Shown here piece after piece: positions 1 to 14,007 of a stretch of 64,000 nucleotides of DNA (its first letter is position 1; each line of letters opens with the position of its first letter). Origin of the DNA: Phoronis australis (lineage: Eukaryota; Animalia; Phoronida); NCBI GenBank assembly GCA_002633005.1, contig NMRA01000003.1, forward strand, positions 1,792,727 through 1,856,726, in the 5' to 3' direction. The position numbers were made by a program, and so were the translations under genes. The notes beneath the pieces are model-generated. The model had not been told where the DNA came from, searched no databases, and saw nothing but the letters and a program-made list of their open reading frames with translations.

Positions 1-207
1 AAAAAAACGCAAAATTTCATTTTTTTCGAAAAATTTACGGAATTAGGCGATACCATCAGTTTAGATAGAATTTTGAACGGGCTTTCAGAAGATGGTTTCC
101 ATTTTTCGCTAGGACGTCTACTTTTGGAGTTATTTGAGATTTTCTGATAACGCTGTTCCTTTGTTGAGCGCTCTTGCTGCATTGATGTTGGTTTATCTTC
201 TATTGAA

Positions 208-522
208 GTAGACTGTAGCCTATTTCTTATTGATTTATGACATCTAAGTTCGTCATATGAATGTTGTGATGCTGTTCATCATCGCCACCACCATCATAAT
301 ATTCGTCATCATCGTCATCATCTTCGTCATCATCTCCGTCGTTGTTTTTTCCGTTAATTTCGCCAAGTGTCGCACAAGACTGTAGCCTTTTTCTTACTGA
401 TTTCGGACTTCTACGTTCGTCATGTGTATGTTGTTGTTACTTCTTTTGTTCATCCTCGCCACCATCGTCGTCATATTCGTCATCATCTTTATCGTCATCT
501 TTTTGGTTAATTTCGCCAAGTT
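208..522. repeat. Imperfect ~150-165 bp tandem duplication rich in TCA/TCG triplets
   Basis: AGACTGTAGCCT...TTAATTTCGCCAAGT occurs twice (~210-370 and ~377-522). Confidence 0.7.
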
Positions 523-2819
523 TCGCTCCTCAGAGCGCTTTCATTTGCCTGGTACATGGTCTACATAACCATTACACCATACTAGGTAAATCTGTGGCTG
601 CTGGCACTCACTGCTGGTAATTTTAGCAAACCTCTGGCACTTAATTATCTGTGATAACTTAGACACTCAACATAAGAAAGCTTAAACCATTATTAGGTTG
701 TTTGTGCCTGATCAGCTGAGTTGAACAGAATGATTTCTTCTAAATGATCGTTATGGCAGGCACAGTTTTAGGAATTTCCCACTAAGCGCTAAAGCTTCAG
801 TGTTCACAAAGTTTCAGCCAATGGCTGCAACACTTAACTTCGGTCTTGGTTCGAGTTAACAGTGCAAATTTAATTAATTTAGTTAAAAGGGGTATTTAAC
901 AGTGATGCTGCCTGCAATAGGAATGCTTAACTTTGATGCCACCGAAGATTATTGGAAGGCACTTTTTTTTTAACTGAGTTTGTGAACAGTAGGCTGGTTA
1001 TATTTTTGTTGTTATTTTGTTCTAATATTTATTATTTTGGCAGTAAAAACATACATTCTGTTTCAATTTAACCATGTGTATTTTGTATTCCTTACCAAAA
1101 AAATCACTGAACATACACAAAACGAGTTCTTTTCTTCACTGAGATCAGCTGATAATCAGCCATGTTGTGCTAACTCCACTGAATTAGTTATCTGAATATC
1201 TCCGAACCTCACGGAAACGGTAATGCTCAACTTCATGGTTAACCACACGTAAACATCAGAGCTTTAACAGTAGCGGAGTTAACTGTATGGAAAGATGAGG
1301 GGCCAGTCAGTGGAATACAGAAACTCGATTACAGGTGGTTAGTTAATTAAGGCCGCATTCTATTCCTTCGTGCACAATTATTGACTCTTTTATTTGTTAA
1401 GCGAAGTGCTTTTGAGTGAATCTTTCGAGGGGGTTGTTGTCAATTCTATTCTTTCATTTATTGAGCAATAACCCTATGTTCAAGTTCATCCTGTTTTCGA
1501 AGATCTCACAACATTGCAGTTTTTAGATTTTCCTAAGATACACAATGTTTTGCCTGTATGTTCATTTTAGCATCTTGAAATTTACTGGTGCTGATTTATT
1601 TTCTGGTTTATTCATTATTTTCATGAAATGGTTTTTCTTAACTGATATAGTTTCATTTAGATTTGACAATACTTGTGGTGTCTTGGTTGATTAGCAGAAG
1701 ACACGGCCGAAAAAACAAAGATTAGCCTTATGTTCATAAATTGTCTGGTCTTACATTTTGAAATGTTGAATTTCATAAGATATTATGTAGGAGTATTTGT
1801 AGTATGCATGGGAGTTGCGGGGTTTTGAGTGTAACTGCATGTGTTAATTGGCATTATTGGTCTTGACAGTACATTCCAATTGGTATTATTGGTCTTGACA
1901 GTACATTCCGATACAACTCGGGATTTTTGTAACTGTGAGTCCAGCCTTAATTGCATTATACACGCCGCGGTACTTTCCAAATATTCATTTTTAACAGCAT
2001 TTGTTTGTTACTGTCAATATACCAGTTAGATCCCTTTGGAAAGGTAGTGAGCAATAGGTTCGCAATGAGTGGCACGAACGCTAGCACACACTTTTGACTA
2101 ACTGAAACGCTAGCAAAAATACCACCAGAGTTTTAGCCTGAGGCAGACCCACTGTCACTGAAGGGGTCATGCATTTTCACCAATGGTATGTTTCCTCTGT
2201 ATCCAAATGGCTTTTAAATGAAATCACAATTACCGGTAAATGGCAGACTGAACTACTAAGTCACAAAGGTTTTGATATGTTCTGTCAAATTTGTGATGTA
2301 GGTGTTGACATTAGTGTTGAAATTTCTGGTGTAACTCATTAATTTTCGTAAGCATGCCCTTGATATTAAACTGCAGCCCCATAATTAGAGTCTTGCAAAG
2401 AACAATATGGGAGCTCATAACTATTTTTAGGCTCTGTTAGTAAATCTGGTTTTTGGCATTGGAAATCATACATGACGATAACAACAAAAACTGACTGAGG
2501 TAGTCAAGAAGATTGTCGAATCGAAACACCAGGACTATGTCTGAACCAGCTTATCATTGTTCAGTCTCTTGCACTGAGAAATCGTGGCTAATATACAATA
2601 CTGGTACTATTTTTTCACAAAATTAAACATCCCACTTAGTGGACAAGGACCACATTTTTCAAAAAGACTAAATTTCCTTGGAATTAAGAAACTTACGATG
2701 TGCTGTTTAAATTTTTGGAAATATAGCCCTAACATAAAGCCTTGTCTTGCGTGACCTGTGGATGTGACCGTAGTCCATTCAAATGTTTGGCACAGCTGCC
2801 CATATACCATGAATACTAC

Positions 2820-4155
2820 GCTTACAAGGAAGTCACGCATTTCTAAAGATGTGCTAGAATTTTCACTGCTCGAACCTCAGCAGCTTTTATCAGGATCAAA
2901 GAGAGCGCAACGCTGGAGTCGGATATGATTTGTAATGACCGCATTGTCCGGTGCGTCTGAGCCAGACCCAGTAAAGTGTAATTACCTGACCATAAACTGT
3001 ACAAACAGGCCAATTTTCAAAATGCATTAACCTATAATTTTTATTAAAAACTAACAACACGGCTGTATTCAGTTGGAAAAAACAACCAAGTACGGTTTTC
3101 GATTTTTAAAAATTGATGAACTAATGAGCTAAAAACTACAAACATTAGGTACGATTGAAGATGAACAACCCTGCGTATTGACATACTCAGTGGATTTACA
3201 AATGCTGATCAGAGTAAACAATGTCACATGGATTATTCTTTTGATATTCTTTCAATCTAAAAAAAGAAGTCCGTGAGATGCGGACGCAACGTTGCTAATT
3301 TTTGTAAGTTTTTATTGTAGTATTAGACTGAAACTTTATTTGTTTTCTCAACTGGATGTCTCAAAATTTTCATGCTTTTATTCTTTTAATCTCGTTTAAC
3401 CAGATGTTTTACTTGGAAACAGTTGTACTTGTGCCCACTCTCCATTTTCTATGACTGACAAAAAGCTAGAATAGTTATGTAGTCAGTTCAACCGAAATTG
3501 TCCAGAGATTCCAAATCTTCAGTTTGGCTATCATCGTATTTGCGCTTTTTGTATATATATTTTTTTATATGAGTTCTTATAAGGATTAAATTTGAACTAA
3601 TGATACGTCCAGTTTTGTTTGTTATGAAATGTTTAGTGTAGCTGTAATCTGGCAAGTTCTGCATGGATGGGTTCACAATTAGCTAAACTAATTAAGTTCC
3701 ACTGGCGATCAAAATGTACCACTGTTTATTGTATTTCAAATGTACAACAAAAAGATGTCAACCCGTTCCCGATAAGAAAAAACAAGTAGACAGGAATATT
3801 AAAATGAAATAACAAAAACCAGTATGAAACATATTCCATTGTTCCTCAGGGAAGTGGCCCTTTGTCAAGGTAAACACAAATTAACTTTTTAGTGGTTTTG
3901 TAATATTTAAAATGTACCAAATTAAAATCTTCACAGTTACAGGATGTAACCCAGTGCTAATGACAGAGAAAACCAATTCGGGTGTAATATAATGACCACC
4001 ATTGTTGAGACAGTAGTGTTAGCTAATTACCTTTCCACTTCATTAGCTCAGATCTACATCAATACAAAGGGTGTGCTGAATAGACATTATAAAAGTTGTC
4101 TAGGGCTGAGGGAATCTGAGTGTTGACCAGTGATAAGGGAGAAATTCTCCACATG
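2820..4155 (+). mobile_element. Dispersed ~1.3 kb repeat, copy 1 (unclassified, no ORF)
   Basis: Colinear with 34625-35805: shares CGCATTTCTAAAGAT, CATTGTCCGGTGCG, GTGGCCCTTTGTCAAG and GAGAAATTCTCCACA. Confidence 0.75.
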
Positions 4156-7100
4156 ATGCATCTAACCATGCTATCTCTTCATAGTCATCATCTAACTAAC
4201 AATACAGAGATGTAATGTGTCGCATGAGCATGATGAGGTCAGTCTCACTTGCTAATGTAAAGTACTAACACCAATGAACTGCAGTGTTGATTCTGAACTT
4301 GGGATGATGTCACCACATTTCTGGAGTAGTAAATGATAAAAACATCCATTACTGATGGAGATAATAGAGTATGTACTTATTGTTTAAGTTCTCCCTGAAT
4401 AAGTGACCACTGTAGTCATTTTGCAACTAATTGCTTTAGGCTCCATCAATGCAAATCTCTGCCAGTTAGTACAGATTTATTGGTATTCTCCGAATTTTAG
4501 TCCTGAGAAAACACTACACACAGGTTTTTGTTATGTTGTGAATTTTGAGATTTTGTTTCTCTTCCTAAAGATCAGATGAAAGTTAAATAATACTTTTAAT
4601 ATTAACAGTGTTTTGACATGCCAGATCGGCGAAGATTGAAGCAGAAAATACCGGAAATGACGGAAATTTTCGAAAACGCGAGATCTGACCTGAATGGGAT
4701 GTATCCTGAGTACCAATGTATAATGTAGTGAGCATGCAAAATTTCCCTTTTGTGATTGGTCAGTATAAGTGTGTTTCAGATTACACAACGTCACATGATC
4801 TCGTGGTAACAACCACCCGTCAAAGCTGTTCTCTGGCCCCGTTGTAGTTTCTTTTTGTTGGTGCTTTATTTTTTTCATGTTTTTCTCAACTTCACTGTAT
4901 TCTTCCTTCCAATGTCGCCATGGGTTCATTGCTATGCTCACTGGGCTGCATCTTAGATGGCAGAAACTTGCGTGAGAAGTATCCGCGATATTTTTCGGCA
5001 TGATTCCTACAATCAGCCGAACAGTTCTAAACGAGGCTAATGTAACAACAACACTGAGTTTTCTTACCTCCAGCACAAACAAAGAAGATTTCTGTTCGGG
5101 GCGGTACTCAATGTTACGGGTACATTGTGCAGGAGTGTGATGAACTAAAATGTACCTTCTTGACCATGAGACAACTCCTGCACTAACATTTGGGGTTTTG
5201 TTATCCTAGCGCCTTAAAGCGAGCCTGAGTCAGTCTGTGACTAACTCATCCTAATAGATTCACAAATGAATGCTCGTAGCTTAGACACGATTTTGAAGAA
5301 ACCCTGTTTGCTTATTTCTCTTACAGTGCATTGAATTTAAGGGCAGCTACTCTTTACTTTTCAATAGTCATGCTGGTCGTTGCCTTACTTACTGTTCATC
5401 TTTGACTTTGAAACTCGCATGCTAAGTGGGCATGTTGCTTTACGATCGCAATGATCTCATCTAGCACGTACAGCTAAGTCCATAAATAGCGACTAGCTCA
5501 CTTCAATCCTTGACAGTGCCATCGAGCCTTGATGTGCCGCGGACTTTGCCAGATCCTCTGGGGTAAATAGTGCACGCTTTCTCATCCACTTGCGTGCAAA
5601 TTTTATTAGTGTAAGATTTGTCTAATGTTGGGTCTTGGTGACGTGGGAAGAAATCAACCATGCCGATAACAAAAAAGCAAAAAACATCTATTAAATGAGT
5701 TTTTACTTAATGTTCATTTTTTTGATATTAAGCACAAATTGAAATTGAAAATCGTTGTTGTGGGTTGTATCACATATTCTTTTGCAATTTAGTTCTGGAG
5801 ATGTTGGAAATTGCGAAAGCTTTCACTTGCAAAATACAGATATTTGAAATGAATGTAGCAGATCATTTACTTTGGCCTATTGATAGCTTATACATCTGAT
5901 GTGAAGTCTCCATGATTGCACTTCATACCTGACACATTGCCTCAGGGTTTCACCTTATGTAAGTAAGTAAACTAATGCAAGTCAATTAAATTGAAATTTC
6001 AGAGGTGTTGCCCTGAGGCAATTCAGTTCTATTTCTCATTGGGTGATGCCTGTGGTATGGCAAAATAGCCTCCAGTGGTTGACCTCTATTTCCCAGTGGG
6101 GTGGTGCTTGGCAAACTGGATTGTGTGCCCTAAGGCTGTTGTTCTTCAGCCAGCAATATGGGACGCTGTTTTTCTAAATGTTCATTGAATGTTTTCTGGT
6201 GGGGGGGCGGTGCCACTGGTTTGGTCAGATATCAATATGTTTGGTGAGTTGACATTCCAGTCTAGCAACAAACATACTGGCCTTCAGTTTAGCAGCTGTG
6301 TTCACTTGATCACAAAAAGCAATATATATCCCAGTCTGCACTCATTGTCAACTGTCTGTTGATTGTTTTAGAATGCCATGAACCTGTAATGTAGACTTTC
6401 AAAAACCTTGTGGGCATGCTGGAATGAGGTCAGCATTTTTACAACTTCTTTCAGTGGTTCTCAAGTACACATGCAACCTGTTTTGGGTCGATCATCTCTT
6501 CGACAAGTTTGTGTTTTGCTGTGCGGTTGAGACTGTTACCAGGCCGTCAGATTTAAAAACAAAATACAGTTTAAAATTGTGGGAAATTATCTTTTCTTAA
6601 CCAAGTTATCACATTTTTATGACACCTGTTCAGAGTATTGGTTCCTCTAGTGTAGAGTACAACCCCCCATCTACTGAACATGAATTTTCAACATTTCATT
6701 TTTCAACATCATATCATCGGAAAGCAATGAAATCCTTTTCTTTGGCAACATTTTATTCACTTTGTTTGAATTTTGGGTGGTTGGGAACCCTGATTTATGT
6801 ACTTGTGCCTTTGGAATGAGATGTGTTCTCTTGACAAAAAGCAGTTTCTGAGTATGAACCCTGGGGTGTCAGTACACAGGCAGTGTCCATACCGGCGGAC
6901 ATTGTTATGATCAAAGACCTGGCATTGTAAGGGTAACAGTACTTTTTTAAGGCTTCCTGTTAAATTTTAATTAACGAAAACCATTTGATTACCCCTCAGT
7001 GGATTTTTATGAAACTGAAATTAATGACCATTAGGCCTCAAACCAGTAATTTGATGTGAGTCATTTTTTTAGTCCAAATTTCAAGAAATCATGTTTTTGT

Positions 7101-7434
7101 TTCTATTCTAACAATAACCACATAACTGAGTTAAGTGGGGGGTTCTTTAGGTACTTAGGCAATCTTGTTTGCCGTGTGGGCCTCAGGGGTCAAATCTGGT
7201 GACTGCTTATGTGGGACGTTATCAACTTGTATATTTTAAACCTGAGTTTAAACCAAACATCTAAAGAACTATAAATTTTAACTTGGTAAAAGTATGTCTT
7301 TCCAGAAAGGAAACAGTCTTTAGAAATTTGATTTTTGACTTCATATGAATCTTGTATCAATGGGATTTAACCCGACCTGGTCGTTTTTGTAAAATTTTTA
7401 GCAACAAAGAATGGTGTAAGCATAGTTCATAACA

Positions 7435-7602
7435 ATGAACATGCAGTATCTGACATTAATGAACATGCAGTATCTGACATTAGTGAACATGCAGTATCTG
7501 ACATTAATGAACATGCAGTATCTGACATTAATGAACATGCAGTATCTGACATTAATGAACATGCAGTATCTGACATTAATGAACATGCAGTATCTGACAT
7601 TA
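7435..7602 (+). repeat. 24-bp minisatellite (ATGAACATGCAGTATCTGACATTA) x7
   Basis: Direct count; source of the MNMQYLTL, MSDTACSL and MFINVRYC ORFs. Confidence 0.95.
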
Positions 7603-8969
7603 NAGCCTCCAGTGGTTGACCTCTATTTCCCAGTGGGGTGGTGCTTGGCAAACTGGATTGTGTGCCCTAAGGCTGTTGTTCTTCAGCCAGCAATATGGGA
7701 CACTGTTTTTCTAAATGTTCATTGAATGTTTGCTGGTGGGGGGCGGTGCCACTGGTTTGGTCAGATATCAATATGTTTGTTGAGTTGACATTCCAGTCTA
7801 GCAACAAACATACTGGCCTTCAGTTTAGCAGCTGTGTTCACTTGATCACAAAAAGCAATATATATCCCAGTCTGCACTTGTCAACTGTCTGTTGATAGTT
7901 AGAATGCCATGAACCTGTAATGTAGACTTTCAAAAACCTTGTGGGCATGCTGGAATGACTCAGGTCGGCATTTTTACAACTTCTTTCAGTGGTTCTCAAG
8001 TACACATGCAACCTGTTTTGGGTGGATCATCTCTTCGACAAGTTTATGTTTTGCTGTGTTGAGACTGTTACCAGGCCGTCAGATTTAAAAACAAATACAG
8101 TTTAAAATTGTGGGAAATTATCTTTTCTTAACCAAGTTATCACATTTTTATGACACCTGTTCAGAGTATTGGTTCCTCTAGTATAGAGTACAACCCTCCA
8201 TCTACTGAACATGAATTTTCAACATCATTTTTCAACATCATATCATCGGAAAGCAATGAAATCCTTTTCTTTGGCAACATTTTATTCACTTTGTTTGAAT
8301 TTTGGGTGGTGGGGAACCCTGATTTATGTACTTGTGCCTTTGGAATGAAATGTGTTCTCTTGACAAAAAGCAGTTTCTGAGTATGAACCCTGGGGTGTCA
8401 GTACACAGGCAGTGTCCATACCGGCGGACATTGTTATGATCAAAGACCTGGCATTGTAAGGGTAACAGCACTTTTTTAAGGCTTCCTGTTAAATTTTAAT
8501 TAACGAAAACCATTTGATTACCCCTCAGTGGATTTTTATGAAACTGAAATTAATGACCATTAGGCCTCAAAGCATACGGTAATTTGATGTGAGTCATTTT
8601 TTTAGTCCAAATTTCAAGAAATCTTGTTTTTGTTTCTATTCTAATAATAACCACATAACTGAGTTAAGTGGGGGGTTCTTTACGTACTTTGGCAATCTTG
8701 TTTGCCGTGTGGGCCTCAGGGGTCATTGATCTGGTGACTGCTTATGTGGGACGTTATCAACATGTATATTTTAAACCTGAGTTTAAACTAAACATCTAAA
8801 GAACTATAAATTTTAACTTGGTAAAAGTATGTCTTTCCAGAAAGGAAACAGTCTTTAGAAATTTGATTTTTGACTTCATACGAATCTTGTATCAATGGGA
8901 TTTAACCCGACCTGGTCGTTTTTGTAAAATTTTTAGCAACAAAGAATGGTGTAAGCATAGTTCATAACA

Positions 8970-9161
8970 ATGAACATGCAGTATCTGACATTAATGAACA
9001 TGCAGTATCTGACATTAATGAACATGCAGTATCTGACATTAGTGAACATGCAGTATCTGACATTAGTGAACATGCAGTATCTGACATTAGTGAACATGCA
9101 GTATCTGACATTAATGAACATGCAGTATCTGACATTAATGAACATGCAGTATCTGGCATTA
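8970..9161 (+). repeat. 24-bp minisatellite x8
   Basis: Same unit; A>G variant in units 4-6. Confidence 0.95.
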
Positions 9162-10059
9162 ATTAAATAAAATTGCTATACCTTAAGGATATTCTGATAA
9201 TTGTCAAAAATGTTGAGTATAAAATTTTGAGTGGGAAAAACACCGGGTGGTGGTATAATAAGCAGGGCACTGAAACAGTTTTGAGAGTACGACAGGTCTC
9301 TGAAATTAGTTCGACTGGAATGTGTGCTCAATGACAAACATCCATGCTCAGTACAGCAGCGATTCAGCCAATCATTCGCACAATTTTTGCGTTGTGCATC
9401 TTGCTTACATCATCAGAATTTCAGTTTGAATAAGCTTTTGCTTTTGTATCAACTGTAAAGTTTTCAGGTGCCTTCCATTGAAAGTAAAATAGTTTGAAAC
9501 TGACCTCAAATGCCTCCTACGCTGGCAGCTTTCTCTTTTATGGTATCTTTTGTTTTCGTATTTTGAATTATAATTTTGACTTCAGTAGTACTTTTATTTC
9601 CATTTGTTTGCCTTGACTGCCTGATGCGTGGCCCCAGAATAAAAATATATCAGTGAACTTGTCAATAAACCCTCATGTTTTACTGGACTTTGAAGAGGAA
9701 ATGACATAGCTTAGTCAGACTTGCTATTTGCATTCAAAATAAGTTTCGTTGTTGACATTTTCATGCACTCTGACTCTTAATGTAATGACCATTGTTTTTG
9801 AACTGTACAGGGGCACATTCAAGAAAGGGACTGAAATAACTGATTTATGTATGCTGGATCAAGCACACGAATGTAGACGGTAAATATTGCGTGATTGTGA
9901 TTTTCTATCAATAAGCTCTAGAGTTAAGCTTAAACGGACTCTCAATCCAGGTAACACAACAAGAACTGCCGAGTATCCACTCTGAACAAAAAAGTATTAT
10001 AAAATTAAACGGAAAACAAATCTTAAGAAACTAAACTGCAAAGAATGATCATGCAATAT

Positions 10060-10420
10060 ATCAGGCTCCTGTCAAATGGACATTTATCCCCAAACGAGCC
10101 CCATGGTTTGGTGGATTCTATGAAAGATTAATCGGTTTAACAAAATGGGCAATGAACAAAGTGCTTGGGAACTCATGAGTAAAGCTGCATGAACTTGACA
10201 CTGTGGTAACAGAACTAGAATCTGTGATCAACAACAGATCCTTAACATAGTATCAAGTGATAAAGACGACCCAAACCCACTCACATCTGATCTGTGGACG
10301 AATGACAGCATTACCCGGCCAGTTTACAGAGCTTGAGGAAATTACAGATCCAGATTTTACTCTATGACAGGAGTCCACAACTAGACGAGTGAAATATGGA
10401 TCCAGTCTTCTGCTTAAGAG
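10060..10420 (+). pseudogene. Degraded BEL/Pao LTR-retrotransposon integrase fragment
   Basis: From 10071 reads VKWTFIPKRAPWFGGFYERLIGLTKWAMNKVLGNS*VKLHELDTVVTELESVINNRSLT*. This is the BEL/Pao APWxGGFYERL...E..IN.RPLT signature, with stops. Confidence 0.85.
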
Positions 10421-11901
10421 TGAACCATTGTCATCTCACTTGAGTGATAAAGGCAGGATTCAACTAAAACACATATTGGCAGTGTGTCACAGGATGGACA
10501 TTATGGTTTTTTGGTAGATGGTCTCATTGCCTAGGCTGTTGTGTATCTCTCCTATAACCTTAGGTCACACTTGTCCATTTCAGTAAGGCTCCAACATTGT
10601 CCCAAACTTTTGAGGTACAGAGGACTATTTTGTTTTAGAGAACTGGATGGGAAGTAAGGTGCAATTGATATATGTTGTTGAAGCCAAAACTGTGTTTAGT
10701 AAACGTTTGAATAGCCATTGAATAGCATGCTTTGGAATATACAAACCATTCCTGCCTCAGCTATGCTACAAAGCACTTTGAGAGAATGCTGTTTTAAAGG
10801 TCCAGTCTAACTCATGCAAGGGCCAAAGACCTGTGCACTCCATGACTTGTTCAAAGCAAGGAAAGTATTTAATGTCTGTTGGAAATGTTTTTTGTTACCA
10901 TTGGGGAGAATTTAGGAACTAAAGGAAGGGCATCAACCTTTTTAGCCCCCTTTTATATCTACCACTCCTGTTAGGTGTTACACATTGCCATGGTACTTTT
11001 TCTTGTTTGGCTCTAATTTCACCAAAATCACCAGTTTATATGTACCCAGATACGTATAAGTGTTTGCGCTTTGTGCTGTCAGTCCCTCCGGCAGTTAGTT
11101 GTGTTGATTAAAAAACGGACAGTCTCCGCACAAATAAAAAAGTTCATGTTCATTCAAAGTTTTGTCTATTCATTAGACATCATCAGGATAATTATATACA
11201 ATAAGACAGCAAGTGTCGACATACCAGTCAGGTAACATCCATGTAGTGAAATGAGAGTAGCGAGTAGGGAATAGCAAGTATGTTATTGCCATAGTTGCAT
11301 GGTCACTGACCCCTGCATGTTATTCTCACTATGGCCAAAAACTGATGTAATTAGTTATGTTGAGCATTTACACTCCTTATTTGGAGCTATATATCAATGA
11401 TTATATATAAATATATAGGCATAATCACTTCGCATGCAGAAAGTGGAGCTGAATGCAAACAATCGTGCTTGCTGAGCTAAAAACAAGTGAAATGAATGCA
11501 TTTTGGTAGCTGGAGACTTGGCATAAAAAAGATGTAGTGAAGAAACAAAAATCCATTCAATGACTGTATCATTCAAGGGTAAGTGTATAAAGCAAGGGTA
11601 AAATTAAGGGATTGGTGGGCGTTAACTGGAACATTCGTTTTTATTGACACAAGTTCTGCATTCTCCTGTTGTTAGAGAAATCAATTGAAATCTCTTACGT
11701 GTTAAAATACTGTAAAACTTTCCTCAAAAACTGACACTTGTTACATGGACAAAAGTTGGCGGGTATAGGGTTAAAATGAAAGAGAATCAGTTTGACAATA
11801 TTCATTGTGCAGGAAATGAAAGTGTGCGTTTAAAGCGTACAAGAAATTAAAAAGGTTTTGTCTGACAACTGCTCACCAGTTGAGGCTTTATACTACGTTC
11901 G

Positions 11902-11915
11902 GTTGCTATGGAAAC
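11902..11915. promoter_or_regulatory. RFX X-box GTTGCTATGGAAAC
   Basis: Canonical 14-bp X-box match; function not shown. Confidence 0.45.
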
Positions 11916-12277
11916 TGATTAGCAAATGGCCGTTTTGTATTGCAAACTGTCATTAATTTTTTTAATAATGACTTATACAGACAGAGTACTTACAGTCATT
12001 AAGAGTCTTATAGCTTATATAAAATAACTTAAAAAATATTTTATGTAAGTTATGAGCTACACAGAAATATTATAAACCACGAAAACCATCCTTGTCTCAA
12101 TCTCCAGAACCAAAGAAAATTCAATTCTGGCTTGAAATACGGTGTCCCAAATGTTTGAGACTGGCCTGTAATACTAGAGTATGTTTCAATACACTCTGTT
12201 CAATGAAGCTATTACACATGGTAAATGTGTATAACTATTCTTGTCAACTGAAGTGAATCTGGTCAATTTGTTGTCTC

Positions 12278-12291
12278 GTTCCCGTGGCAAC
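12278..12291. promoter_or_regulatory. RFX X-box-like GTTCCCGTGGCAAC
   Basis: Motif match only. Confidence 0.35.
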
Positions 12292-14007
12292 AATCATTAA
12301 AATCACTTGAAGGCAACTAATTAGAGAGGCCTGATTATCACCTTTATAGCAGAATTGCTGGCTTGCAGTCTTCATTTTCAAATCCATAGAAAGCATGCAA
12401 TAGAAGTAAATCAATTTTTATCTTTCATACAAATATACTGAACACTATGATAGCATTCTCATTTACTGTCTGATTATCATGAAATCCGCATGAAAGAGGT
12501 TTCGTCAAGGTATATAGGGCATTTGAAGAATGTACAAAGTTGCTTACAGTTACTAGAAATCTTATCTCAGAAGTTAGTGAATTGATATTTGCTGTCACTT
12601 TTTATTTTCAAAATGGCTCGACACTCTGACATTTTTGATGGATCATGGCATAGAGGTGTGTGGTTGAGGTGCAATTGACCAAACTGGTCTAATTTGTATT
12701 TATATATTACAAACCTCCCTATAGTAGATGTATATTTTTACCAATGTAGCCATAGGTGACTTTCAACTCTTTGCTTTGCAACCACATGATTAAAATATTG
12801 TGCACCTGTTTTGTTATGTGTCACAGACTACAGTTCATGTTTCTTTTGTCTGACTATTAGTAAGTGGATTTAAAATAACTGACAGATGTTTCAGTGCCGG
12901 ATTGGTTTAAAATATTGGTCACTTCCTGTTTTGCAGGTTCAAGGGAATCTTCGATGCTGTAGATCCTCACTACGTAACAAAAAGAACAATGCAGGCCATT
13001 CTGACCAATCAGTATATAGTGTGTATTCCAAGAATTGTCTACTTCGTTGCTTTATCCCGCATGTAAGTTCTGAATACATTCACGTTCAATTCCTGTGTCA
13101 AGTCTTGAAGACAGATAAAGTTAAACCCTTTTAAATGTATGTCACTTGTCACAGTTTTAACCCCAATCGTTAGTCCTTCAGAGTTACACCGGTTGGTATT
13201 AAAATGAAATGCTTCAAATTCATTTCCGCATGACACCAGTGAAACAACAGTTCACCTGTATTAATTCATACGTTTATTTAGTTTAACACCCACATGCAGG
13301 TACTAGTTTCCCGTTCTTAAACATAATTTAGGTACGAGAACTCTTTAGTTCATTTCAACCAGCAGTAACAGCTCTACCATTAAGCTGATCAAGATACAGA
13401 ACCTGATAACGTACTAAAAATTAAGTGGTACCTTTTGGTTTTACACCTCATTTCCCTGCATGTGGAGAATTTCTCACTTGCACTGATCATTAATGGGATT
13501 CCCTCACACAGCTTTTATAATCATGGCCTATTCTAGCACGCCCTCTGTAGTCAAGATATTGAAGCTTTGAGGTAATCCCTAGCACTACTTTTTCAACAGT
13601 GGTGGTTGTTGGTGCACTATAATAATATCTGTTTCCTCTGACATTTGCCCAGTTGCCAACGGCCTGAAATGTCAGATGTACGGTTTTTGATTTGGTAGTT
13701 ATGTGTTAGATATTACAAAATAACTAAAAAGGGCAACTTGGGTTTATCTTCACAATTGCTATTTTCCAAACGATCGTTGGTTTTAAATATGTTTCATACT
13801 TTTTGTCATTTCATTTTTAATATGTCTACTTTGTTTTGTTCCCTGCCGAGTTGCTGTTTTTGATTTTGTGTTTAAACTGTAATAGTACCAAGACAGTGGC
13901 AGATTTTGATCGTCAGTGATACTCAGAAGTCAGCTCTCACTCGCCATCCCATCTCATCTGTTACTCGGATTTTCTCCGTTTCATTGACTTTGAAACTAGA
14001 GTTAGTC

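Larger units (their letters stand above)
6067..9161 (+). repeat. Direct tandem duplication of ~1.54 kb (6067-7602 and 7604-9161) joined by a single N
   Basis: Both copies start AGCCTCCAGTGGTTGACCTC and end in the 24-bp minisatellite; scattered SNPs and small indels. Confidence 0.95.

Noticed and set aside
4531-5082. 183-aa minus-strand ORF
   Set aside because: Non-ATG start, no recognisable domain and no exon structure
7398-9170. Repeat-peptide ORFs (MNMQYLTL, MSDTACSL, MFINVRYC) and a possible CRISPR-like array
   Set aside because: Head-to-tail 24-bp minisatellite with no spacers. The frames are open only because 24 is a multiple of 3. The context is eukaryotic with no cas genes.
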